Assembly: GCA_002269645.1 (NCBI GenBank)
Contig: NIVC01001037.1
Coordinates: 1 to 64,000, forward strand
Source of the DNA: Macrostomum lignano
Lineage: Eukaryota
DNA: 64,000 bases
Direction: 5' to 3'
This document shows positions 40,696-52,239 of this stretch, piece after piece. Each line of letters opens with the position of its first letter. Position 1 is the first letter of the stretch. Position numbers and translations under genes: made by a program. The notes below the pieces were generated by a model. That model made no database searches. It had not been told where the DNA came from and worked only from the letters and a program-made list of their open reading frames with translations.

Positions 40696-41518
40696 GAAAA
40701 CGGCGAAACTCTACTCATCTCCCTTCCTTAGTAAGCAGGACACGGAGGATGTTACTTTCCGTGTGGAAAATTTTCACTTTTGAAATGCCCGTCAGTTTTA
40801 AAACGAGTCTCGTGGAGAAATTCCAGTCTCGTGTGCTAATAGTTATCTGGTTAGGCTGATCATTCCAGCGTTTTTCGTTTATAATATTTAAATATTTCAG
40901 TTTACATTCTTTTGCTACTGCGGCGGCGAAGTTAACGATTTTTTGTGCCTAATTATTTCCATCCTATCTCGCCGTCACAATTTCTAAGTAGTATTGTTCG
41001 AATTTTTCTTTATTTTTTATTAATCCTTGCGGCCAAAGAACTGCAATTATGCAGTCCATTCGAATTACGAGTAGGTTAATTTTTCTGATTCCAAGTATCA
41101 ATATGTAATGTTATTTAAGCGTTAGAGATTTGATTCTATAATTTATGAAATATAAAGAATTTTTTGTTAACTGAGTGTTTATCGCCTTTAACTGAGATTT
41201 ATTAGGTTTTTTGAGAAATTTGCGATCGATAATCCAGTTTTTTACTGCTATGATGTTTAAAAAAAATTTTTTTTCATATCAAATAAATATGTCTGACTAA
41301 ATTATTTGAATCGAATTTTCTCCTTAGCAACAAATGTTTGCATTGGTTACGGGCAGTTACAAGCGTAAATCCCTCTTCTTGAGATAGACAGAATTATTAT
41401 TAAAGATCTTTTATTGCCCTTAGCAACGAAGGTCGCCTTGAAAACAGCGCCTAAAAGACTGGAGAGTGTGCGATACCGATTGATTTTGGTTATTAGGTGC
41501 AATTAGGGGGCTGTACTA

Positions 41519-41822
41519 GGGGATTTTAGCCTAGTAGTTAGAGCGTCAGACTCACGACTTGAAGGTCGGGAGTTCGATTCCCGATCCCACTGGAACAATT
41601 TGTGTCCTTGAGCAAGACACGTAACTCTGCATTGCTTCAGTTCACCCAGCTGTAAAATGGGTGCCAGCATTAGCTGGGGTAATTGAGGGTGTGTGGCGAC
41701 CCCCCAGTCTATGGACTGAACAGCCGTACGCAGCCTTCAGATGCGCCGCGCAATAGCTGCGGCTAAGCTGTCGGTTGCACATCTGGCCCAATTGAAACAG
41801 GTCTGATCAATTAATATTATAG
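41519..41822 (+). mobile_element. tRNA-derived SINE family 1 (CORE/MIR-like middle)
   Basis: A-box TAGCCTAGTAGTTAG, B-box AGTTCGATTCC, then TGTGTCCTTGAGCAAGACACGTAACTC...CAGCTGTAAAATGGG resembling the MIR core, and an AT-rich tail. Confidence 0.82.
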
Positions 41823-42061
41823 GTGCAAAAGGTCTGATGTTTCAGTCTTTTTCAGGATTTCATGCCTCCAAAAATTGTATAAATTTCCAATTTGAGTGTT
41901 CGCAAGTTTAGTGGAAAGAGGATTACTGAGTTGAAGTTTTTGGAGTCTTTCACAGATTATAAAATTTCATAATTTGCTAGATGAAATCCTTGGCTGGCGT
42001 CAGTAATTTCTGCCGCGTCACACCTGCAAATTGCTGCACCTCTATTCGAGCACTACTAATC

Positions 42062-43882
42062 ATGCTCAGCATTCAGCGTGCCGTGCCGCTCCGAGGTGCC
42101 AAGGCGGCGGCCCTCTGCCGACGGCGGCTTTCCAGCTACGTTCAGGGCCAGAGCTCCGAGAGGGGCGTTCGGGAGTACTTTTACTTTATCGACCATCAGG
42201 GCCAGCTGTTCCTGGACGATGCGCGGATGAAGAATTTCACCTCTTGTTTCAAAGGTTTTTCATGCTCGATCGCATTGCCTATATGGGGGGGGGGGCAGAA
42301 CAGCTTAGAGTCAAATGCGCATCCGATTCTTGCGCCATGTGACCTCTGGTTCGATTCCGTGTGCAGTGACATTCATTTGTTGGAACAAATTGTCGTGTTC
42401 AAAAGAAACAAAGTTACATTCTACAAAGTATTTCGACATAGATTCTTAAAAGTTAATCTATTTTTTGTTTTCAATTTCACTGTGCTACATAACTGTACAA
42501 TTGTTGCACACTAAGAATTGCCGTGAGTGTTGAATATGATTGAAATTGTTGGAAGAGGACGGAATCGATAAAGTTAATTGAAGCAGAATTCGAGGAAGAG
42601 GTCGTGAAACACCAGCCTCTGCAGTACGCTTTTCTAGCCAACAGTGATAGAGACCGTATCATCAAGGCTGCTGATCGTAGGGATGACTGTGAAACTGGCG
42701 CGCCAAATTGGAGTCAAGAGGTCAACAGCGAACATACGTCTCTCGCTGCCTTGGTGGACAGGCAATTGATGGTTAGGAGGCTCAAGTTGACCAACTGACA
42801 TTGACTCGTTCCGGTTCGACATTTTACTCTTATGTTCATCGATATGTTGTGTTTTATCTCTTTGACGAAATAGAATGTAACTTTGTTTCTTTTGAATTTC
42901 CAATCTGCTCATGCGGGTCACTCAGGAACAATTTTTGCCACAAGACAGTTTGAATTGAACTTCTTCTGTTTCAATAGAAAGGGACTTTGTTTGAATTGAA
43001 TTTCCGCAAGCGCTGAGATTTCTTAGTGTTTAAATGCATTTATTCAGAGCTTCTCTCACTTGAAGGATTCAAACGCTTGCTGCCTTGACTCAGTTTTTAC
43101 CATAGACAGCCAGTAGAGAGGCTCTGAATGCATGTATTTTTTTCTATTTTGGATTCAATTGCTTGCTCGTAGGCTCAGCTAGTGTGAGAAATGCCATATT
43201 ATTTTTTACGCATCAGTTTACCTCCGCTAATCCTTTCTCTAAGAGTAATCAAAGTGACTACTAAGATTTTAATTCATGCTCTAAGAGTTCATCCCACTGT
43301 CTAATGAGGTTGTCGCCCAAATCCAGGTGACCTCATGCAGTAGTTACTGGGTGGCTCCCCACCCGTCCCACAGAGCACAAATTCTTGGCCTTCTTCTTCT
43401 CCCGCCTGCGCGCGAACAACACGGACCGGTACAGGGACCAGTTCCCCTGGCTGTCCCCGTGCGGCCCGGAGCGGAACTACGTCCGCTGCGACGACCAGCC
43501 GATTGTGTTCACTCGTCTCCATGACAACCCGGACAATCCGGACGAGTGCTGGCTGTTGTACAATCACTGCGGTGACAAGCTGAAGGTGCCGTTCCAGCCT
43601 GGCGGGGTGTGCATGCACCCGAGCAGCGGCCGGGTGTACCACCCAGCAGGTGACCGGCACGGCGGCGTCGGCCTGATCCGCTCCCAGCTCGCCATCCAGC
43701 TGGCAACTAACTTTGTGTGGCGAGGCAGCGACTCTTCGTCGAACTCGTCGAGCTTGACCAGTCCGACTCATTTTGTTTGGCGGGGAGTTGAGCACGAGAT
43801 CAATTCGGATTTGTTGAAGATTCTCGATACCAGAGAGCCGAGGTTTAGGGGGCTGTTTGTTGGAGTTGACAGCGAGGATTAG
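42062..43882 (+). CDS. C8orf82: UPF0598/C8orf82 homolog, 2 exons
   Basis: Exons 42062-42254 and 43374-43882 (phase 1; weak GTTTTT donor). YVQGQS..REYFYFIDHQGQLFLDDARMKNFTSCFK|EHKFLAFFFSRLR..FPWLSPCGPERNYVRCDDQPIVF. Arg-rich N-terminus. Confidence 0.88.
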
Positions 43883-45338
43883 TGCGGATCGCTGCAATTT
43901 TAAAGTTCGCGGGGAGTTGCCAGAATTGAAATATTCGATTTCGTAAATCGGTTAACCTGTTCTCAAAAAGGCACGGTTTTTGGCATCCGCGCCACGCGCG
44001 CCACGACCCCTGATTTAATTCGGTGCGTAGCCTCGAATTCATTTAAGGTTGGGGTGCAAAAAAATTTGCTGGGGAGGTGTGCGATTCACACACCCATGAT
44101 GGCCAAGGCACAGAGAGTCAGGGCCAAACACCCTCTTTTTGGCGTCTTAAAACCAAGTATAGGGCTCCTTAGTCAAGTTATAAGAGATGCAGGTGTAAGA
44201 CTAACACCCTCTCAAGCGATAAAATTTACTTAGGTGGACATGGCCCCCTGTCCCCAAACCTTTGGCGACGCCACTACTGAACTTAGTTTGTTCGTTCATT
44301 TTTGTGATTGTAACATTGCATCGACATTTATAATTTTATATGACTATTTGAATCCAGCACCTTCCGTGCACTTTTTCTGCAACTTGTCTATATTTAAAAT
44401 ATACGCATTCACTCATTCATTCGTAAAGTTCCCACGGTTTGAATTCAGAAAATTCTGTGCTTCGTCATTTACTCTTATTGCTTCAGCATTTCCTTCATAC
44501 CTCATTAGTGCATGCAGCTCTTTGATCGCTTAGTGTGCTATCAAATTCACAACACAAGTGCAGTGCAGTCCATTATCAACGATCGGTCAAAGTGCGAGTG
44601 TAACAAAACGCAAAAAATGATACGTATTTTTAACGTTTCTATAACTCTCGTTTTGTAGCACTGGCCGTCACCTGTCACACCTTTAATTATTTTTCTTTGC
44701 AGTGCAGTCTGGAGTTAAAACCCGTGCACACAATGTACACCAGATATTCTGATTTAGTGTGGGCGTTCAGTCAGTGTACATTAGGTTTGACTTTTCCCGG
44801 CCCAGGCACGCTTAATCACGTGCTTCTGGCGTGGTTGTCACTGTACGCATTCTGGCAAGAGCGAGGGAACCCCACCAAGGACGATGTTGCTATTTTTAGC
44901 TTTCTGTCCAGCTATTTGGACATGCAGTCGAACAGACCTACATTTCTGTGTCCCAACAAACTGCGCACGCTTTCGTATGCGCAACGTTATTGAAAAACAG
45001 CTTTCCTTCTCTCGGTCTTTGCTTACAGAGTTTAATTGCGCTCCGGTGTGAACTTTATGGAGTCCAAAGATCTATAAATTTTGTGACTGCGTTGCAAGCG
45101 ACACGCAAGGCTCTCAGCGCAACAGAGGCGAATAATACTTATTGGTCACGCCTGCGCCGCATGCGAATGTCTTCTCCGAGTTGAATCAGTGATTATATAT
45201 ACGAGCTGAAGCCTGAATCGGTTCGCTAGCCAATGCTTTCTGCTCAGCGATAGGATCTCAGAAGGCGCTGTTCTCAACCTGTCTGTCAGCTTTCTGCACT
45301 GGAAATTTCGCTCTCTGTACTGGGAATCAACCTGAGAG

Positions 45339-48300
45339 ATGCTTCAGAGTAAGTTGTTTTTCTTGTCTGTTTAACTTGTAGTTGTCTGTCTTTCTTCTAA
45401 GACCAATGCTACAAAGATTGCCCGGTACCGATTCCAATGAGGTCACGTGACAGTTAAAAATCCTGAAATGGAGGTCACGTGACAGTTAAAAATCCTGAAA
45501 TGGAGGTCACGTGACAGTTAAAAATCCTGAAATGGAGGTCACGTGACAGTTAAAAATCCTGAAATGGAGGTCACGTGACAGTTAAAAATCCTGAAATGGA
45601 GGTCACGTGACAGTTAAAAATCCTGAAAACGTTAAATTTCAAGGCATATGACTTGAGAAAAACGGACTTAACTTGTCGCAATATCTTAAGTCAAGGATAT
45701 ACGTTTTAAAAACTAAAAAAACTTTTGACATTAATCAAAATTATTAATGATATAGTATTTTTTTCCACGAAACCGTTTCTTAAAAGTAAGATGCATGTCA
45801 TTTTACGTATGCAGTGCAAAGTCGCGTCAAATTATCTTTATTAACTTTTTTATCTCTTCACATGCTATAAATGTATTTCGAGTCCACGGCATAAATTAGG
45901 TGAAAATTACTCGGGGGCTCACTGCTCGTTATCAGAAGAATACTGATAAAATTGAGTCTACTTCAATTAGCCTGAACTTGAAGTGTCTCAAGCTTCTCGT
46001 CAGGTGTGCTATATATTGATATCTTATCTCCTTGGCTAATTAGGTAACTTTATAATCTTCTCGCTGATTGCTTAGAACTCGCCGCTCAGCTGACTCGCAG
46101 CCTCAGCCCGGGCGGCCTTTCAACTTGCCGCCATCTCAGCGGCGGCGTCGGGCTGCCGAAGTCAGGCGGCGGCGACGGCGTTGGCGTTGACGACGGCGGC
46201 ATATCGAAAGAGTTCGGCAAAAATGACCACCCAGTCATCAAAGAAGGCAATGGCGGCAGATCAAACGGCAAGTTGGGGACGTTCTCCGGCCTGACGCCCG
46301 ACTTTCCCTGCATTGTCGGCAATCCGTCCAGCGGGCCGGAGCCAACCTACGCCAGCGTGCCGAAGAACAGCTACCGCCTGTTTGAGTACCCGGACACCTT
46401 CTGCCTGGAGCTCAACTCTGGCCGCCTGCCCGGCTTCAAATTGGCCTACGAGACCTGGGGCAGCCTCAACCCGGACGCCAGCAACTCCATCCTGCTGTGC
46501 ACCGGCCTGTCAGCTTCTTCGCACGCTCGCAGCCACCCGCTGAACCCGGCCAAAGGCTGGTGGGAGTCCTTCATCGGGCCCGGCTGCGCCCTGGACACCG
46601 ACAAGTTCTTCATCATCTGCGCCAACCTGCTCGGCAGCTGCTTCGGCAGCTCTGGTCCGTCAAGCGTCAACCCGGAGACCGGGGATCCCTACGCTACGAC
46701 GTTTCCAGTTGTGTCAGTCACCGACCTGGTGCGCTCGCAGTTCCTGCTGCTTGACCAGCTGGGCATTCAACGGCTGCACGCCGCCGTCGGCTCGTCCCTG
46801 GGCGGCATGCTGTCTCTGGCCTCGGCCGTGGAATTTCCCGACCGGGTGAATCGGTGAGAGTTCGATAAAAGTCCACTGAGATCTTGGTCTGGGGCCATGA
46901 AGCCAGCTTTGGTCGAGTCCAGGTGTGGTTAAATTTACAGTTTAGACGTGCACTTTTGCTGGTCCGGCTAAGCCGCTTGCTTGCAGTTTGCTTGCACGGC
47001 AATTGCGACAACAATATCAAAATTGGCACGCCTTGCGATAAGAGACTCTCGGGGGGGGGGGGGGGGGGTGGGGCTCTGCTAATACGTTTACTGACGTTTG
47101 AAGGGCCGAATGGGCAGATTTCTGTCTCTGCAGGCTGTAAGACGGGAGATAAACCATGGAAGGCGTTGCACCCCAGGGCTCCTACAATCACCTCAACGTG
47201 ATTGACTTTATCATGCTCGTAAAGTTGAGACTCGGGATCGACCTCGTTACAGGGAACTTATGTGTCTCGGCCCCCTTATCGATAGATTTCTACCGCTTTT
47301 GTACATGTGCCTATAATCCAAGGTGTGCTGCGCTTCTTACTTAGTAGGTCGAGGCTTTTAGTTGGGTATTTAAGTAGTTAGTTAGTTGGTTATCGTAGTT
47401 AGGGCGCTCTGATGTGCCAGCAGTCCAGGCTCGATTTCAAGTGCAGTCACGTTAATTTTGAGCTAAATTGAAATCTCGGCTTGGCTCTGCTCGTGCAATT
47501 AACGCCTTTGATGGCCAACCACCAAGGCACAGTGAAGTGTACATGCCTAATGATAAATAAATCTGATATGCATGACTGCGTACGTATCGCGCGCTTGTGT
47601 GCCTGCTCAGGGGAGTCGGCGGAATTAGTCAGTCAGTTAGTCAGTCAGTCAGTCGATCCCCCAGCCAGCGAGCGAGTAATTAGTGATGTCCTTTCCACTG
47701 ATTAACTGAACTAAAAGTACAGATTCATGACCTTTCTCGTTATCTGACCTGCATGTTAAACCATCGTTGGGATCAAACCTCAGGCGGGATCGAACCCCAG
47801 ACAGTTCAACAGACTCCGGAAGCATCCAGAAGATCGTCAGTCCACCCCGCTCCTCATCCGCAGCCTCATCTCGATCTCGTCGGCCAGCTACAGCCATCCG
47901 ACCTCCATCGCGATGCGCTACCTGCAGCGCAAGGCCATCATGACCGACCCGCACTGGCGCAGCGGCCGCTACTACGGCTCCGACTACCCCAAGACCGGCA
48001 TGAAGCTGGCCAGGGAGATCGCCACCCTCACCTACCGCAGCGGCCCTGAGTGGGAGACCCGGTTTGGCCGGCGCCGGCTGAACCCAGCCGCTCCGCAGGC
48101 TGTCAGCCTCTGCCCGACGTTCGTCATCGAGCAGTACCTGGACTACCAGGTAAGGCTCTGGTCGGGTTTCGGGTCTGGGATATTAGAAAAAATTTTTTTA
48201 GGATTTTATGAGAGATGCGTGTGTATTGGGCTGTGTGCACCCTGCCGCACTTTTAAGCGACGTTGTCACGCAACCGGCGAGAGGCATTATTTACTACCCA

Positions 48301-49478
48301 TTCCGCCGACTCCCCTGAGCAGGCACACAAGCACGCGGATACGTACGCAGTCATACGCACAGGCACACACTCACACAAGAGTGTACAGCGAGCGGCCCAA
48401 ACGTTATTTATCGTTAGGCATGTACACTTCACTGTGCCTTGGGGGTTGGTCCTCAAGGGCGTTAATTGCACGAGCAGAGCCAAGCCGAGATTTCAATTTG
48501 GACTCAAATTAAAGTCAACTCCAAAAACTTGAGTCAATTTCTCCAATGAAATGTACACTCAGCAATATTTTGAAGTTTCCACACAGAAAACAGTGGTCAA
48601 CAAGTGGCAGCTCTTTACCATGTTGCTAAGTGTATTTAAGGCTGTCTCGAATATTTTTGATGCAAGGTCTCAGGGGGTTCCTAAGAGGAAAGGCGACAGT
48701 AAGGAAGGGCGACAGTAAGTAAGGGCGACAGTAAGTAAGGGCGACAGTAAGTAAGGGCGACAGTAAGTAAGGGCGACAGTAAGGAAAGGCGACAGTCAGG
48801 AAAAGGCGACAGTCGGGAAAAGGCGACAGTCAGGAAAAGGCAACAGTCAGTAAGGAAAGGCGACAGTAAGGAAAGGCGACAGTAAGGAAAGGCGACAGTA
48901 AGGAAAGGCGACAGTAAGTAAAGGTGACAGTCAGTAAGGAAAGGCGACAGTCAGGAAAGGCGACAGTAAGGAAAGGCGACAGTAAGGAAAGGCGACAGTA
49001 AGGAAAGGCGACAGTAAGGAAAGGCGACAGTAAGGAAAGGCGACAGTAAGTAAAGGCGACAGTCAGTAAGGAAAGGCGACAGTAAGGAAAGGCGACAGTC
49101 AGGAAAGGCGACAGTCAGAAAGGAAAGGCGACGGTAAGGCGAAGGCGAACCTGAAACCCCCCCTTCCAGGGCGAGGCCAGCTCCGTGCGTCTGGACCCCA
49201 ACAGCCTGCTGTACCTGAGCAAGGCCATGGACCTGTTCGACGCCGAGGACCAGCTGGACAGAGTCATCTGCCCGGCTATGATTCTGGGCGTGCAGTCTGA
49301 CATCCTGTTCCCCGTGGAGCAGCAGCGCCAGCTCGCCCAGCGTCTGCGCGACATCGGCCGCTGCCGGCGGGTCACCTACTTCGAGCTGACCTCGCTGTAC
49401 GGCCACGACACCTTCCTGCTGGACGTGCACAACGTGGGCACGGCGGTGAAGGGCTTCCTGGAGACTGAGCACGCGTAA
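45339..49478 (+). CDS. MetX-family alpha/beta-hydrolase acyltransferase, Cys2-like (serine O-succinyl/acetyltransferase), 4 exons
   Basis: Exons 45339-45348, 46076-46853, 47864-48149, 49170-49478; phases 1,2,0. LAYETWG, LCTGLSASSHA, GWWESFIGPG, GSSLGGM (Ser), QSDILFP (Asp), YGHDTFL (His). N-terminus MLQKLAAQLTRSLS is presequence-like; the 10-nt first coding exon is less certain. Confidence 0.88.
45439..45627. repeat. 32-bp tandem repeat x6, each with palindromic GTCACGTGAC
   Basis: Palindrome starts at 45442, 45474, 45506, 45538, 45570, 45602; lies in intron 1 of the Cys2-like gene. Confidence 0.93.
47385..47626 (+). mobile_element. tRNA-derived SINE family 2, copy 1
   Basis: B-box-like GGCTCGATTTC; body homologous to 63581-63915. 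Confidence 0.75.
48227..48512 (-). mobile_element. tRNA-derived SINE family 2, copy 2 (headless, inverted relative to copy 1)
   Basis: Its reverse complement shares AAATTGAAATCTCGGCTTGGCTCTGCTCGTGCAATTAACGCC and GCCTGCTCAGGGGAGTCGGCGGAAT with copy 1. Confidence 0.8.
48690..49145. repeat. 16-bp intronic minisatellite (AAGGCGACAGTAAGGA)
   Basis: Runs up to the acceptor region of the last Cys2-like exon. Confidence 0.92.
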
Positions 49479-49639
49479 CCATGCAGTTCTCTCCGGCTGG
49501 AGCTCGCGTTCAGCGAATTCTGACTTGCTGTTTTCACCTTGTCAAGTGGTAGCTAAATTGTTCCTGTCTGCTTTTGCTGCTCTGCTGTCTTATCTAAGCT
49601 CACTGTTTGACGCCAGCACGCACCTGCTTCTCTTCCGGT

Positions 49640-50395
49640 CTCTGATCATCTCTTCTCTCTTCTTTGCTCTCCCATCTCCACTCTCCCATCTCCCCTCTCC
49701 CATCTCCCATCTCCCCTTTCATCTCTCCCCTCTCTCCTCTCCCCTCTCCTCTCTCCTCTCTCACATCTCCCTTCTTCTCTCTCTTCTCTCCCGTCTTCCC
49801 TTTCCCCTCTCCTTTCTCCTCTCTCCCATCTCCCCTCTCCCATCTCCCATCTCCCCTTTCATCTCTCCCCTCTCTCCTCTCCCCTCTCCTCTCTCCTCTC
49901 TCCCCTCTTACATCTCCCTTCTTCTCTCTCCTCTCTCCCGTCTTCCCTTTCCCCTCTCCTTTCTCCTCTCTCCCATCTCCTCTCTCCCATCTCTTCTCTC
50001 CCCTCTCCTCTCTCCCCTCTCCTCTCTCCCATCTCCTCTCTCCCATCTCCTCTCTCCCATCTCCTCTCTCCCGTCTCCTCTCCCTCTCTTCTCTTCCCTC
50101 TTCCCTCTTCTCTCTCCCTCTCTTCTCTCTTCTCTCCTCTCTCCCCTCTCCTTTCTTCTCTTTTCTCTCTTCTCCTCTCTTCTCTCTCCTCTCTCCTCTC
50201 TTCTCTCTTCTCCTCTCTTCTCTCTCCTGTAGCCTCGCCTCTCTCCTCTCTCCCATCTTTCTTCTCCTCTCTCCCATCTCATCTCTCTCCTCTCTCGCCT
50301 CCTCTTTATTCTCTCCTCTCTCCCCTCTCCTCTCTCCCCTCTCCTCTCTCCCGTCTTCCCTCTCCTCTGTCCCCTCTGCTCTCCCATCTCTCTTA
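49640..50395. repeat. CT-rich polypyrimidine low-complexity tract with internal duplications
   Basis: Almost entirely C/T on the + strand. Confidence 0.9.
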
Positions 50396-50959
50396 TTTAA
50401 ATGGACTTCTCATATTTATTTTCTGTGTATTTAATAATGAACGGATATTTTGACATAAAATTTATGAACCAAGAACCTTAGTCTGGCAGATTCAATTTTT
50501 TATCCCTTATTTACTATCAAGAGTACTTTGTGTTTTCCACGTCAGCTGTACATTCATTGCAAACCATCTTGAAACCGTGACTATTTCTTAAATCTAAGCT
50601 TCAATTTGTTTATTAAATACTCGTAGATCGTGTCAAAAACATGCCAGACTCCTCCTTCATCATACTGTTTTTGAAAAACAACTGCTTCGATATTGTAGGA
50701 GATACATGTATTTTCAGATAATAATTTTTTGTTTTGCAATAAAATTTCTTTTTCATTCATCAATTCTTAAATTCTAAAGTACATTTGCCTAGCAAACGCC
50801 CACAAAGTAACTAAGATGTGGTTTTCTGTCCTGAGCTGAATTCCAGAGTCAAACCTTGAGTAGTCATAAAGCTTTTAACTTATTTAAAAAGACATCGGAC
50901 GCCAGAAGCGCTTTTGAGTCTGAAAATATGATTTTTACAATTTTTAAACTATGAAGGTC

Positions 50960-51490
50960 GCCTCTTCTCACTCCCCTCCGCTCTCTTCTCACTCCCCTCC
51001 GCTCTCTTCTCACTCCCCTCCGCTCTCTTCTCACTCCCCTACGCTCTCTTCTCCTCACTCCTCTCAGCTCTCTTCTCACTTTCCTCCGCTCTTTTCTCAC
51101 TCTCCTCCGCTCTCTTCTCACTCCCCTCCGCTCTCTTCTCACTCCCCTCCGCTCTCTTCTCACTCCCCTCCGCTCTCTTCTCACTCCCCTCCGCTCTCTT
51201 CTCACTCCCCTCCGCTCTCTTCTCACTCCCCTCCGCTCTCTTCTCACTCCCCTACGCTCTCTTCTCACTCCCCTCCGCTCTCTTCTCACTCCCCTACGCT
51301 CTCTTCTCCTCACTCCTCTCAGCTCTCTTCTCACTTTCCTCCGCTATTTTCTCACTCTCCTCCGCTCTCTTCTCACTCCCCTCCGCTCTCTTCTCACTCC
51401 CCTCCGCTCTCTTCTCACTCCCCTCCGCTCTCTTCTCACTCCCCTCCGCTCTCTTCTCACTCCCTTCCGCTCTCTTCTCACCCCTCCATT
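50960..51490. repeat. 21-bp minisatellite (CTCTCTTCTCACTCCCCTCCG)
   Basis: About 24 copies. Confidence 0.92.
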
Positions 51491-52239
51491 CTCTTCTATC
51501 TCGTCTCCGCCAATATTTGCCAAATCTGTTTTTAAAAGTCTCGACTGTACTTTGCGCATTTTGAGACGTCTGTCGCCCGCTACCTCTCAGTATGCTTCAA
51601 GCTTCAACCTGACACTCTGTAGAAGTTCTGCAGCTGCATTGGGCAGTAAAAACCACCAGCAGTTCAGCGCTAAACTCAGTCTCGAGCCGCGACGGCCGTG
51701 GTTCGATTCCTCGGGCGGCCACATTCATTTGGGGTTTGTGTGCACAAAATTTTGGCCAAGAGTTGCCGGGTGATTAACACATATAAAGCTAACCCTTCAA
51801 GGCACAAAGGGTGTACATTGAAGGGTTGTATTTCTCTTCTGCCCGCAGATGCCCGCAGCCCGCATGCGAATATTTGTTCATATTTTATGTATTATAGGCT
51901 GCTGCGTAAAACTGGCAATAATAAATTTGTCAAACTCGTCGATCAAAACAGATCGAGTGCTACATTTTGAATGCCTGTCATTTTAATTTGCAATTGGCGC
52001 GCTTATTTGCCAAGCATAAATCTCAGATTTGTACTTTGTCGGATTCAATTCATTCTTCATAATGGTTTTAAAATCGGAAAATATTCTAGTAAAAGAATCT
52101 ACCTGGACATCTATGTGGGTGCCTGTGAGAGTGTGAGTTTTACAATTGAAACCAAAGAGAAACCAAGGTAATTCTATTTAATCTAACTTTCTAACCCAGC
52201 CCCGCTACTCTTCAATTGGTCCCTTTTAACCAAAATAGT

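Noticed and set aside
42550-42798. Open frame (..EAEFEEEVVKHQPLQYAF..) inside the C8orf82 intron
   Set aside because: No recognisable motif, start codon or clear splice signals; may be a TE remnant.
44040-44280. Possible MITE ending GGCGACGCCACTA
   Set aside because: No convincing left TIR or TSD.
45339-49478. Bacterial contamination or recent HGT of metX
   Set aside because: Spliceosomal introns with SINEs and minisatellites, host-like codon bias, and flanking animal genes.
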